A stretch of DNA of 64,000 nucleotides, from the NCBI GenBank assembly GCA_013265495.1, contig MU058463.1, forward strand, positions 1,077,523 through 1,141,522. The letters are read 5' to 3'. The notes below the pieces were generated by a model. It was not told the DNA's origin. It worked only from the letters and a program-made list of their open reading frames with translations, and did no database searches. Position numbers and translations under genes: made by a program. Shown here in pieces: positions 1-15,449 of this stretch. The DNA comes from Vicugna vicugna. Lineage: Eukaryota. Position 1 is the first letter of the stretch, and each line of letters begins with the position of its first letter.

Positions 1-434
1 GAAGAATTCAGCAAGGTAGCAGGTTACAAAATTAATGTTCAAAAATCAGTTGCCTTTCTTTACACTAACGATAAATCAACAGAAAAAGAAAGTAAAGAAA
101 CAATCCCCTTTAAAATAGCAGCCAAAGTAATAAAATATCTGGGAATAAATCTAACCGAGGAGGTGAAAGAATTATACACAGAAAACTATAAACCATTGAT
201 GAAGGAAATTAAAGAAGACTTTAAAAAATGGAAAGATATTCCATGCTCCTGGATTGGAAGAATCGATATTGTTAAAATGGTCACACTGCCCAAGGCAATC
301 TACAGATTTAATGCAATCCCTATCCAATTCCCCAGGACATATTTCACAGAACTAGAACAAATCATAATAAAATTTATATGGAACCATCAAAGACCTAGAA
401 TTGCCAAAGCGTTACTGAAGAGAAAGAAAGAGGC
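1..434 (+). mobile_element. Young LINE-1 ORF2 fragment (late RT/thumb region), runs off the left edge and stops abruptly
   Basis: Frame 1 is open from base 1: [23 protein letters not shown]...KYLGINLT...[17 protein letters not shown]...[12 protein letters not shown]...[13 protein letters not shown], which is typical L1 ORF2p. L1 similarity ends at ...AGAAAGAAAGAGGC (434). Confidence 0.95.
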
Positions 435-1570
435 ATCTAATCTATTCTTGCACTGAATACCATGCTGCTTTAAGTACTGCAACTTTACACGCTTCATATC
501 CAGCATCTTAAGTCTAGGTTTGTCCTCAAATTTATCTTGGCTGTTCTTAGCCATTTTTGTATAAATTCCAGCCAGATTTGAAAAAAAATGCTATGATTTT
601 GATAGAATCTTTTTCAAATCAATAGATCACTTAAGGAAGACTTATCAAAATAGAATTTTCAGTCTATGAACATATCATATTCATTTTACTTACATCTTTG
701 TAGTTTTTCATATAAAGAATATTATATTAGATCTGTGTAGATATTTACATCTTTTGTCAAATTATACTTCTGATGCCATGATCAATGGCTTAATTCATTT
801 TCTAAAAATTTGTTGCTAAAATATGGAAGTATGTAACTTCAATTCTAATAACTAGTAAATTTATTTTAAATTCCTATAGATTATCTGTAATTCCTTTTGG
901 AAATTTTTACTAAATTTGCTGGCCTAACTGCACTAACTGTACTGCCATGGGCTTTCAGACTGTTATTGACTAGAAAAAATGGTAGTGAACATGTTTGTCT
1001 CATTGTCCTCAAAAAAGTTTGGAGTTTTTAATGATTGGTCATTTTTGCTGAATTGACATAATTTATCAGGTTAGAAAAGTTTCTTAGTATTCTAGGAGGT
1101 TTAATTGTAAATAAAAAATAGTCAGATGTTGCTTTTTTATCTATTGATAGGATTGCAAAAATTTTTCCTTAATTGTGTAAGTGTGGTAAAATGTATTGAT
1201 TTTTGAATATTAAATCAAAAATGAATTTCTGGAGTAATCAAGTAGTCTTGAGATAGTATTCTTTTCATGTCTTTAATTTGCTAATATTTTCTATCATTTG
1301 TACATATGCATTCAAATGAAAATCTAAGATATATTTTTATTAAGTTTTAGTTATGATTGTGCTTACCTCATAAAGGAAGTGGTGAGATTCTATTTTTTCA
1401 TTTGTTGCCTAGGGTGTTTGTGTAAGACTGGTGTTAATTCTTTCTTAAATGTTTGTAAACATAGCTGGTTAAACTTATCTGTGTTTAGACTTTTCCTTAT
1501 GAAGACAAAATTCTGAAATAAATATAGGACTATTCATATTTTCTATTTTCACTTCTGTCAGTTTTAGTAG
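435..1570 (-). mobile_element. Ancient degenerate L1M ORF2 fragment
   Basis: T-rich sequence with decayed antisense ORF2 motifs (ataccatgctgcttt, ttttcagtctatgaacat, tttcttaaatgtttgtaa). Confidence 0.65.
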
Positions 1571-4079
1571 GTGAGCTTTATTCTGCAGTTCAGAGTCTTG
1601 CTGAAGAAGACATGGTGAACTTGCAACTCCAGAACACCAGCCTATGGCTCCTAGTCCTGACAGAATTTCATATGCCCAGACTACCATTCTCCTTTAAAGA
1701 GTAAATTTAAAAGGCTATTTACCTGTTTTATTTGTGAGTTTGAAAAAAAAAAAAAACAACAATTTACCTAAAGGAAAAGTTAGGAAGGATAATACAGACA
1801 AAACAGAAAATTTTACTTTTCTCTGTGCTCTCTATCACTAAAGTCAGTTTGTCTTAATTATATTGTGGTGTCTTTAAATAGCTGTTTTTAAGTTCTTTAT
1901 CCAGCTTTTGTAGTTAGTTTATGTAGGAGAATAGCAAGGTAAAAGTTAAACTAGGCTGGAATTTGAAACTCCAAATTGGTTTAAACGTATTCTGATGAAA
2001 GCTTCTATTCATATTACCTTATTTTTTATAACTCATTAATATTTATGGCTATCAACATGAAAGATTTTCTTTGCAAAAGCAATTAAATTCATTGCTTATT
2101 TTTAAAGCCCTTAAACAAGATCTTCTTTTTCAGAGACTAAGGAAGGAGAAACAATAAATTAAACACTTTTGGTCTGCTCTTACTTTGGTATCCTGCCAAC
2201 ATCAACAAACAAATGCCTTCAGAACTATCTCTGTCAATATATACACACCCCATTAAAATTCTCTTTCTCACCCATATTTTTCAATATGTCTGAGAACTAT
2301 ATGCACTATGAATTTTTATGAACAAGGAAAATAGCACTAGTTAGAGTTTAGTGTAAAAAAAGAATGGAACACAAAATTTTAGCAACAATTGTCATCTCCC
2401 TGATGCCAAATCACTACTCACATATTGTTTGTTTCATGACCTGCGACTTATCACCCAACCTATAAATTTTGAGGAGTATCTGTGATATTAATAGATCTTT
2501 TGAATCATGATTTGACAGTACTGGGCTGATATTTTAATATTAGGAGAATTTTTTTTTTAAATGACAGGTAATCTTAGGGTCAGTTTGGACTGAAAGCATC
2601 ATTAAAGCAGGCAAATTAAAAACTGCGGCAACCTTTCCTCCCTACTTGACATTCATATCCTTATAATGTACACTAGCCATTACTCCCCAACTCTTGGCTG
2701 CTAGAAGGCAATATACTCGTGACTGGACAATCACTTCCAAGTCTCTTATATTCAGTGCATGAACTTTTCTGTAATGCATTGAAAGTTAGAGCTTTGTGGC
2801 CACGTGCTATTTGAAAACAGATGATATGTGTACTTATCCTTGAAATTTAAGTTTAGAAAGTCATCATACCTTCCTTTCTGAGCATTTTTCTTGCACTACC
2901 TCTAGTAGAGACTACATTAATTTCTCTCATTTTCAATGAACCACAGCAGAGCACATTTATTGTAGACAGTTGTTAATATATAGTTGCTTCCATTATGTAT
3001 TTTACCTACCTGGGAAAGTAACCATTTTTATTTATCCTTATAGACAATAATGCCAGACAAAGAAGAGCCCCAGATTCAAAATAGAGGGAATCAATGAATA
3101 CAAGTTGTAGTCATAAAATTACTAATTTATTCATGAAGTATCTTTTCTACTGTTTTTAAAAGGTGTATGTACTTTCCTCAAAATAACTGACCCAACCATT
3201 TGACTATAAAACTATGTTCACATAACTTCCAGCTAACAATATAGTGAGGCAATTCTCTAGTATATCAAGTTTTTAAAATAAAATTTAAATTGTCAACAGT
3301 AACCCCATTCAGTATAGAATGTAAGTTTAGCTTTTTCCAAAAATGTTTACTGGACAACTGAACTCAAATAAATAGAATCAGCAGAGCTGGAAATACAAAT
3401 CAAATCCAAAGCATTAATCAGAAGAAACAAAAATCATAGACAACATCTGAAAGAAACCTCAAATTACTTTGTTAGATATATAGAAGGGGATAATTAGAAG
3501 GAGATGATTATTGGCTGGTTAAAAACAGTCCAGAGAAAATATATTTAAAAACCAGATGGGTTTGTTTTGAAACATGCCAAATTGAGCACAATTGACTAAG
3601 CAAGTAGACTCTCATTTACTGAATCAAAAATTTTATTAGGATAGAAATCCTCAGTTATTTTTCATATCTTCACTTTTACTTACTGTTTACTAATGCTCTA
3701 AGAAAAAATAGCTCTTTGGAGTATTATAGAAGGAAAATATAATCAATATAAATGTATATAAAATAATATATTTTCCAAAGTTATTTTCCAGTATTGATTT
3801 GGGAATCATACATGTCATGGGCATTTAATGAAACCCACATTACAAATTTTGGGATTTAAGCATTCTTATATAAATGGTAAGATTCGTATTAAAGAACACC
3901 AGGCCATTTCTCCTTCTATAGACTTTTTTATCTGCTAATTATTTTGTTCAAATAATGAAATGATTTGGAGTCCATGAAGCTTCATTGCAGTATTTCACTA
4001 ACATATTTGCTTTCATTAATAACATCATTTATATATATTACTTGAGTATTTCATTTGGAATTTAATTGGTGAAAAAGCA

Positions 4080-4205
4080 GCCATTTGGTCAGTCAGCAAA
4101 GCATTTAACTAATTACCTATCATATGCTAAGCACTGTTCCCAGAACAGAGAATAACAAGTGGAAAAATAAAGATCCTTGACTTCACATAACTTACACTTA
4201 ATTTG
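4080..4205 (-). mobile_element. L2 3' end fragment
   Basis: cagtcagcaaagcatttaactaattacctatcatatgctaagcactgttc resembles the reverse complement of the L2 3' terminus. Confidence 0.6.
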
Positions 4206-5309
4206 AAAGAATAGGCATTATTTAATGTAGTAATTAGTCTTAATTCTTTGTTTCTTCCTATGTCTAAAATAACAGAACATGCCTAAAATTTGCCATGATG
4301 AAGCAAATTAGCAGTTGAAATAGTAAAATGTATAATAACCACATTTGATTACTGTGTGGCTAGATCTTCTTTTAATTTTGAAGTATGATTTATTAAGATA
4401 ATCAATGTAAAAATAAACACTTAGAACCATAATCTCTATAATAAATCTATATTATCTGGATGCATATATTTATACTCCAGTCCTAATTTGCTTATTAACT
4501 CCAATTTTATATTTCTGAATTTTTAGAGAATTTTTCCTTGAAGCTCTGCCAAAAAATTTTATCTGTGAGCAGTAAAGTCATTGGAATGCTGAGTAAATAA
4601 TTCAATTTTCTCATCAGAATTATAAACTTGATAAAGCAATTTGTAATTACAGTTTTAAGTCAAATAGCTCAATCATGTTCCAGACAAAATGCATTCCTTT
4701 GCAAATTTTATGTAGTGAAAGTAAGGTGGGTTATAATGATTTTTAGCAAAATGCATAAATACTGACTGAATTGGAGACTAATTTCTGCAAATTCCATTCT
4801 CTTATTTATATTTAGGGATTTTTATATACATTTTGGCCTTCATGCTTAAGTATATTTTAGTTTTATTGATCATTTTTATTTGCACACGTTTCATATTTTT
4901 ATGTAAATTCTGCTTTATTAAAATAATACCTGCTTTGAATTCCCATGAATAACTGCAACTATTTAACAAAATATACTCCTTCATATCTTCATGCTTAAAC
5001 TTCTGAAATACATAAATATATGAACTGATTTTGACTTTTAAAGAGAGACTTCAGTCCCCCAGAACATAATTGCAAATAAGCTGCCCATGGGATCCACTTA
5101 AGAGAATTCTGGTGGATATTTCTAAAACAGAAATTCAAGTATGTTAAATCAAACACTTCTCAAAATTAAATATTCTAAAAAACATAGACATTTCTCTCCC
5201 AAAATACAAGAAATATATATGTTCATCTAAAAAATTATCAAAAATCATCTTATTTCCAAACTTTCTTTGGTGAACATTGGCTAAAAGATAGTGTTGGATA
5301 AACAATCTA

Positions 5310-5690
5310 CCCATTTACTCAGCAGCATATAGTGAATAACTCAGTTGTGCCAGAAGTTCTTTGGCACCACAGCAGACACACACTTGATAAATGGTGTTGA
5401 CCACTGTTAACAAAACAAGGTGGTCTGCTTCTCTGTAGCTCCCAACACATTAAAGTGCTGTTAAACATTTACAACCGTGAAATAAATACTATAACAATGA
5501 TTTATAAAGTACAAAGAAAGCAAACAGAAAAGTGCAAATATCTCTGCCTAGAAACAAGAGAAATGAATATGAATCACTGTATAGTAGTACATCAGTTAGA
5601 CAGTGGAAGGGGCTAGCATTCCAAAGGTAAGAGCATGTTCCAGAGCATTGGCATTTTAGAGATACAGGCCATTCATGAAATCAGAAATAT
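5310..5690 (-). mobile_element. L2 fragment
   Basis: ccatttactcagcagcatatagtgaataactcagttgtgccag... and agcattccaaaggtaagagcatgttccagagc are L2-like motifs. Confidence 0.55.
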
Positions 5691-6641
5691 TGTGTGGGAT
5701 GACTTTCCATATCCATGCCAGTTGTAATGCAAAGTGAACGCTAACAATTTAGCACATGTTAGAAAATTCTACAGTAAAAGAAATGTATATTGCATTTTAG
5801 TAATAATATTGGATGAATAGAAATCAAAAAGGTTTTACCTCTAAAGAAAGTCAGGTTTTCGTCAGTATATTGGTCAAATATTTTCCAAAGTTAATAAATT
5901 TCTGTTTAAAGCCATATACTTCACGTCTAATATATTATATCTCCTTTTCACATAAGATTTTAATGAAATAATCTTATAATCTTCTACTAGCCTTAGAGGG
6001 AGAACATAAGGAGGGACAGAAGAGTGAAAGATATAAAATTAGAATTGAGGCATACTAGAACTGGGAACTTAGGAAATAGTATTTGCAACTGTTTCTACCA
6101 ATTATGGAAATCTGATGAAATAAATATTAATTTAAAAATATTTAATACTTTATACATAGGAAACTATGTAAAGCTAATGTTATCTTTTATTTTTTAATAT
6201 CACCATATTTAGACTGTTTCTATGCCATTGGTCCTATGGGCCACTCATGAATAATCAATAAATTCAATTTACTTTAGTTCTCTGCTCTTCTAGTCTGTCA
6301 TCAAACTCAGCAATAATTTAAGTGATAATGAGAATTTACCTAGAGAATTATAATCTCCCAGGATTCACCAGACGATGAATATATTGCTTCTGCTCTATTT
6401 GAATAACAGGAAGTTCAGTCTTTTCAAAAGATTTCCATGCTCAATTACTGCTGCAAATCACCAAAAGCTGATAAGTAAATGAATAAATCAAACCCTTTTA
6501 TCTATTTGAAGATCCCTTGTGGTACATAAAGGTGTCTGTGTGTGCATGTGTGTAATTATAGCCACTTCCCAGAGCTCTGCAGTTTCCCTATAATCTCCCT
6601 GTTCCACTGCTAGCTCTATAAGACCCAGATCAAGTATTGTT

Positions 6642-6750
6642 GGGGGTTGGGGAGTATAGCTCAGTGATAGAGCAAGTATTTGATGTGCACAAGGTCCTGG
6701 GTTCAATCCTCAGTGCCTCTGTTAAGGGTTAAAAAAAAAAAAACAAAACC
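6642..6750 (+). mobile_element. tRNA-derived SINE, camelid Vic-1-like
   Basis: G-rich head, Pol III A-box TAGCTCAGTGA (6657-6667), B-box GGTTCAATCC (6700-6709), A-tail 6731-6743. Confidence 0.85.
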
Positions 6751-6769
6751 AATGTTGATCAATGCTTTG

Positions 6770-7235
6770 CATTTTCAGGTTGTTTAGGTTATTTTAATTC
6801 CTTTGAATTTCCATGTGAATTTTAGAATCAGTTTCTCAATTTTCACACACACACACACACACACAAAGTGTCTGCTTTGCATTGGATCTGTAGATTTATC
6901 TGGGGACATTTGATAGCTCAATAGTGAGTTTTGACATGCATTAGTAAGGTTTATTTCTTCATTCACTTGGGTTTTATTCATGTCATTCAAGTTATGTTTC
7001 TACTGTTCAATATGCAGGTCTTTCACACCATGTGCTGCATTTTTCCTGAGGTACTCAAAATGTTATGTTTTTCCAATTGTACATTGCTGGTGCCTAGCAA
7101 TACAAATTATATTTGTGTATTGATCTTTTATCCTATATCCTTGCTAAATTTACTCATGCCTAGTAGCTATTTTGTAGGTTCCATTGGATTTTATACATAG
7201 ATGATCATACTGTCTGCAAATAAAGAAAAATTTAT
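6770..7235 (-). mobile_element. Old L1M ORF2 fragment
   Basis: The minus-strand ORF includes KIEKLILKFTWKFKG. atcatactgtctgcaaa is the reverse complement of a decayed FADDMI RT motif. Confidence 0.8.
6844..6865 (+). repeat. (CA)11 microsatellite
   Basis: Perfect CA dinucleotide run. Confidence 0.95.
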
Positions 7236-7269
7236 TTACACACGATAATTTTTATCCCTATTAGTGTGA

Positions 7270-8150
7270 TTTGGGTATTTTTCATATCTTCCATGTCACT
7301 GCTTGACTTTTTGAACATATGGAATAATATTACAATAACAATTACAATAAACAATCCTCATATGCTAATATCTATCATTTATATCAGTCCTAAGTCAGTT
7401 TACAATGAGGAATTTTCTCTTTCTTAGAGGTGGTGGTTTCCTGCTTCATTGCATGCTTGATCATTTTTTATAGTATGCCAGACAATATGAATCTTGCCTT
7501 TTTGGGCCCTGATATTTTTGTTTTCCTGTAAATATTCTTCATCTTTGTTCTGACATGAAGATATGTGAAACAAATTGATCCTGTGGAGTATTTCTTCTAA
7601 GATATGGTAGGTGAGACTGGTGCATGCCCAGTCTAGATATAATTATTCTCTGCTTAAACCAAACCCTTCTGGTACTCCACCCAGTGACCCATGAACTTTG
7701 GGTTTTCCAGTCTGGCTGATTAGAACAGGCTTACTCCTGGCCCTATGTGAGTACCACATGCTGCAACCTTTAACCCATGCAGAGATTTCTTTCCCTGACC
7801 TGTTTCTTCACAGGCATTCTCTGATTATTACTCAGCTAAATAATTTAGGAGAACCCACTCATCTCTCCCAAGTTTTTGCTTTGTGTAGTTCTCTCCTCTC
7901 TGATATTCTGTCCTGTGAATTTAAATTGCCTTGAGTTCCCCATATTCTCCATTCTGTGTGGTGTACACTGCCTGGGTTTACTATGCCTGAACCAGGTCTG
8001 CAGACTCTCTCAATAAGCTTTGAAAGATTTCAGCACCCCATTGGTTCCCCTCCTGTCAAGGATCACTGACCTTTGTTGCCAGTATTTTGAAAATTATTTT
8101 ATATTTTGTCCTTTTTTGTTTGTTTCAGGTAGAAGAACAAACCCAGTTCC
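7270..8150 (-). mobile_element. Old L1M (L1MC/L1MD-like) 5' region
   Basis: ctgcttcattgcatgcttg...tgccagacaatatgaatcttg...gatatttttgttttcctgtaaatattctt resembles an antisense L1M 5' end. It appears to resume near 11743-11780 after the later insertions. Confidence 0.6.
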
Positions 8151-8164
8151 TTTTTTTAAGTTTA

Positions 8165-8317
8165 AAAAAAATTTTTAACACCTTTATTGTGGTATGGTTC
8201 CTGTACAGTAAACTATACATATTTCAGAGTACAATTTGATGAATTTTGATAGATGTATACACCCATAAAACCACCATCACAATCAAGATAGCTAACATTT
8301 CCATCACTCCCCAAGAG
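8165..8317 (-). mobile_element. L1MB-like 3' terminal fragment
   Basis: ctttattgtggtatgg...gtacaatttgatgaattttgatagatgtatacaccc...aatcaagatagctaacatttccatcactcc with an adjacent T/A-rich tail. Confidence 0.7.
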
Positions 8318-9426
8318 GTGCAATTTTCAAATACCCAATTTATCCCTTCCAACCCCCTTTAACCCCTGGTAACCATAAGTTTGTACTCTGTGTCACTATT
8401 TTCTTTTTTGTGTCTGAGTAGTATTCCATTGTGTATATACCACATCTTCTTTATCCAGTCATCTGTCAATGGACATTTGGATTGTTTCCATATCTTGGCT
8501 ATTGTAAATATGTCTTTTTTGAATTATATTTTTCTCTGGATATATGCCTAGGAGTGGGAGTGCTGGATCACATAGTAAAGCTATTTTTTAGTGTTTTAAC
8601 AAACCTCCATACTGTCCTCCATAGTGGGTGCACCAATTTACATTCCCACCAACAGTGTAGGAGGGTTCCTTTTTCTCCATACCCTCTCCAGTATGTATCA
8701 TTTGTAGACTTTTGAATGATGGCCATTCTGTCTGATGGGAGGTGATATCTCATTGTAGTTTTGATTTGCACTTCTCCAATAGTTAGTGATGCTGAGCATC
8801 TTTTCATGTGCTTGTTGGCCATCTGTATGTCTTTGGAGAAATATTTAGGTCTTCTGCCCATTTTTTGGTTGGGTTTCTTTTTTTTTTCTTTTGATATTAA
8901 GGTGTATGAGCTGTTCATATATTTTGGAAATTAGTCCCTCGTTGGTCACATCACTTGCAGGTATTTTTTCTTATTTTGTAGGTTGGCTTGTTGTTTTGTT
9001 GATGGTATTCTTAGCTGTTCAAAGGCTTTTAAGTTTACTTAGATCCCATTTGTTTATTTTTGCTTTTATTTCCATTACTCTAGGAGCTGGTTCAAAAATA
9101 TTTTGCTGTGATTTATGTCCAGTGGTGTTTTGTCTATGTTTTACTTTAGGAGTTTTATAGAATCTGGTCTTACATTTAGGTCTTGAATCCATTTTGAGTG
9201 TATTTTTGTATATAGTGGTAGAGAATGTTGTAACTTCAATCTTTCACATGTAGCTGTCCAGTTTTTCCAGCACCACTTATTGAAGAGGCTGTCTTTTCTA
9301 CATTGTATATTCTTACCTCCTTTGTTGTACATTAATTGACTGTAAGTATGTGGGTTTATTTCTGGACTTTCTATCCTGTTCCATTGTTCTGTGTTCGTTT
9401 TAGTGCTAGTACCATACTGTTTAATT
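8318..9426 (-). mobile_element. L1 3' segment (ORF2 C-terminus plus partial 3'UTR) of a twin-primed insertion
   Basis: Minus ORFs read [13 protein letters not shown]...[10 protein letters not shown]...[23 protein letters not shown] and [13 protein letters not shown]. Confidence 0.92.
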
Positions 9427-11491
9427 GATATCTATAATATCCTAATGATATTGATATTAATAAAGCATTTCATCCAAAAGCAACAAAATACACATTCTTC
9501 TCAAGTGCTCAAGGAACATTGTCCAGAATTGACCACATGTTGGCCCACAAAGGAAGCCTCTGTAAATTTAAGGAAATTTTTCCAACCACAATGCTCTGAG
9601 ATTGGAAATCAACTACAAGAAAAAAACTGCAAACATGTGGAGGCTAAACTATGCTACACAACTAATGGATCACTGAAGAACTCAAAAAGGAATGAAAAAA
9701 TACTTTGAGACAAATGAAAACAAAAACAGTGACTCAAAACCTCTGGGACACAGTAAAAGCAGTTCTAAGAGGGAAGTTTATAGCAATACAAGCCTACCTC
9801 AGGAAACAAGAAAAATCTCAAGTAAACAACCTAAACTTACACCTAAAAGAGCTAGAGAAAGAACAAACAAAGCCCAATGTTAGTAGAAGACATTATAAAG
9901 TCTAGAGCAGAAATAAATGAAATAGAGACTAAAAAAAAAATTAATGAAACCAAGAGATAGTTTTTTGAAAAAGTAAAATTGGTAAGCCTTTAGTCAGACT
10001 CATCGAGGAAAAACAAAACAAAGGAGAGGGCCTACATTAATAAAATCTAAAATGAAAAAGAAGTTACAACCAACAGAAATACAAGGGATCATAAGAGGCT
10101 ACTTTGAGCAACTGTATGCCAACCAAACGGATAACTTAGAAGAAATGGACAATTTCCTAGAAAGCTACAATTTGCCAAGACTGAACCAGGAAGAATTAGA
10201 AAATATGAATAGACCAATTAGCAGTACTGAAATTAAAACAGTACTTCAAAAACTTCCAACAAACAAAAAGTCCAGGACCAGACGGAGTCACAGTTGAATT
10301 CTACCAAACATTTAGAGAAGAGTTAACACTTATCCTTCTGAAACTATTCCAAAAAACTGCAGAAGAAGGAACACTTCCAAACTTATTCCATGAGGCCATC
10401 ATCACACTGATACCAAAACCAAAGATATCACAGAAAAACAAAATTACAGGCCAGTATCACTTACGAATATAGATGCAAAAGTCCTTAACAAAATACTAGC
10501 AAATCAACTCCAACAAAGCATTAAAAGGATATAGACCATGATCAAGTGGGATTTATCCCAGAGTGCATGCATTTTTCAATATCTGCAAATCAATGTGATA
10601 CATACACCACATTAACTAATTGAAGAATAAAAACCATATGATCATCTCAATAGATGCAGAAAAAAGCTTTAAATAAAATTTAACATCCATTTATGATAAC
10701 TTTCCAGAAGATGGGTATGAAGAGGACATACCTCAACATAATAAGGGCCATATATGACAAACCTACAGCTAACACCACACTCAATGGTGAAAAGCTGAAA
10801 GCATTCCCTCTATGATCAGGAACAAAACAAGGATGCCCACTCTCACCACTTTTATTCCACATAGTTTTCAAAGTCCTAGCCACAGTAATCAAAGGAATCT
10901 AGGAAACAAAGAAGTGAAACTGTCACTGTTTGCAGATGACACGTTACTATACATAGAAAAATCCTAAAGAAGCAACCAGAAAACTACTGGAACTCATCAA
11001 TGAATTTGGTAAAGTTGCAGGATACGTAACTAACACTCAGAAATCAGTTGCATTTCTCTACACTAACAATTAAGTAGCAGAAAAAGAAATTAAGGAAACA
11101 ATACCATTTATCATTGTACCAAAAAGAATAAAATACCTGGGAATAAATGTACCCAAGGAGGCAAAAGACCTGTACTCCAAAAACTATAAGACACTGATGA
11201 AAGAAACTGAAGATGACATTAACACATAGAAAGATATACCATGTTCTTGGATTGGAAGAATCAGTATTATTAAAATGGCCATATTACCCAAGGCAATATA
11301 TAGATTCAATGTGACTGCTATCAAATTACCAATGACATTTTCCACAGAGCTGGAACAAAAAATGCTAAAATTTTTATGGAAACACAAAGGATTCTGGATA
11401 GCCAAAACAATCATGAAAAAGAAGAAGGGAGCTGAGGGAAATCCCACTCCCTGACTTCAGACTATACTACAAAACTACAGTAATCAAAACA
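9421..11491 (+). mobile_element. L1 ORF2 segment (end of endonuclease through RT), the inverted 5' part of the same insertion
   Basis: SRIDH-like tccagaattgaccac, [40 protein letters not shown] motif LFADD (10926-10940). Frameshifted. Ends at gtaatcaaaaca. Confidence 0.95.
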
Positions 11492-11497
11492 AAAGAG

Positions 11498-11744
11498 TTA
11501 TTTTAATTGAAGTATACTTGACTTACAATAGTACATATTTCAGATGTACAACATACTGATTTGATATTATAGATTACACTCCATGTAGAGTTATTATAAA
11601 ATATTGGCTATATTGAAAAACTATTGGCTGTATTTCTTCTGCTATACATTACATCATTGTAACTTACCTTACACCCAGTAGTTTGGATCTCTTAAACACC
11701 TTCATCTGCTCTGCTGCTCCCTTTGGTCCTCTTCCCTCTGGTAA
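11498..11744 (-). mobile_element. Short L1 3'UTR tail (laurasiatherian L1MA9-like)
   Basis: ttttaattgaagtatacttgacttacaat...ttattataaaatattggctatatt...cttccctctggtaa. Confidence 0.8.
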
Positions 11745-12299
11745 TCCAGTTTCTTTTACTTCATCAAACTACAAATGGAACTAAATTTTGTATCTTATAA
11801 TTGATAGTTACACTTAAAGTATTTCTTTTTTGTGTATAGTAAAACCCTTTTATTTTATTGCTTGGAAAATATTTTTAATTTGCAGTATTTTTAGAGTGAG
11901 TGAGTTTAACATATGAAATAATAGTCACTATTATTGTTATTATAAAAAAGTGTACTTTTTTGCTTTTCCTAATAAACTCATCAAATGATGTTTACATTTT
12001 GTATTGATCTGTAAATCCAATTTGCATATTACAGTCATTAACACCTGTCAAGTATGAATCTAATATGTTTGCAGGTTGTTGTTAGCATCTTGTATTTGTA
12101 ATATTTAAATATTCCAAAGTTTTCATTTTTACATTAGAATTTTTAATTACTTTTTATTTATGAATTTGTCTTTCACTTTAAGCTTTCAAAGTGATTAACA
12201 TTAAAAAATGTTACAATATTTTAATCTACTTGTTTATAAATAATCAACTAATAGCTTCAGATAATATATTGAACAATTTAAGAAACAAGATTATTAAGA

Positions 12300-12950
12300 G
12301 TGATGCAGAATATGAGATTTACCTTAGGGATTTGACCTTAGGTAGTTGTAGAAACTAGTTATTGAATGTATGTATGTCTCTTACTTTTGGACTTGATGCC
12401 AGGCCTAAAGTCAGCGAAGTAGGCAGTTCAGAAGGGAAGACAGATATAAAATACAAAGACAAACTGGAACCCACATTGATGAACTAGAGCCCACTTGAAT
12501 GTCTCTTTACTTCCAAGCCTCCAACTCTGATAAGGTTTGGATTTGCAGGAGAAGATAGCATCCGATGTCACAGAGTTAACATACACCTAGCCCTGTTATC
12601 AGGCAACAGAACAAAGCATCTCATAGAAGCTAAATAAGCTGTAGACCCATTTGCTGCTCCAGGAGCTGACACACTTGTCCAAGATTCAAGAATGGTGAAA
12701 GAGAAGATCTGGCTGCTGCTCAGTTTGTGGGTCTGTGTACTACCCCACTTCAGCAACTGAATCAGCACATCAGCATACACATGAACATCAATAGCACCTC
12801 ATATCTGGCACCAATGTTTTGAGTGTAAAAGGAAAATAGGTGCTTCTAAAAGTTACCTTCCAAGTCTCATTGCATGCAAAACGTCTCTTGCGGCCCACTC
12901 TAATCCAGAACACTACAGGGAAAGGAATTACAGGGAGTATAGTTCAGTAC
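12300..12950 (-). mobile_element. Old ERVL-class solo LTR (LTR41/LTR52-like)
   Basis: tagggatttgaccttagg...gggaagacagat...aaactggaacccac...ggcccactctaatccagaacactacagggaaaggaattacagggagtatagttcag. The subfamily is uncertain. Confidence 0.55.
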
Positions 12951-13195
12951 TCTAAATATTTGAATAATATTCTTTTTGCAACCTATAACTGGATGATCAT
13001 CATAACTTTAAGGAGAGCATCTCTGTTTGTATCACATTTCTAAATATTTCTAAAAATTTAACCAGTCCACATTACATCTTAAGCCATCCTCTGTATATTG
13101 ATCAAATCTATTTTATTCTAATTGTCATTCTTCCTAGAATTTCTATGTATATCAAGAATTATAGTGTTATTTTGTTTTTGTAAAAGTTGATCGTG

Positions 13196-15449
<2,254 letters not shown>

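Noticed and set aside
1589..1705. Possible exon after ttattctgcag
   Set aside because: The translation is unrecognised and it lies in decayed L1 context with no convincing donor site.
6651..6720. tRNA-like sequence
   Set aside because: Degenerate arms, a G-rich leader and an A-tail indicate a SINE, not a tRNA gene.
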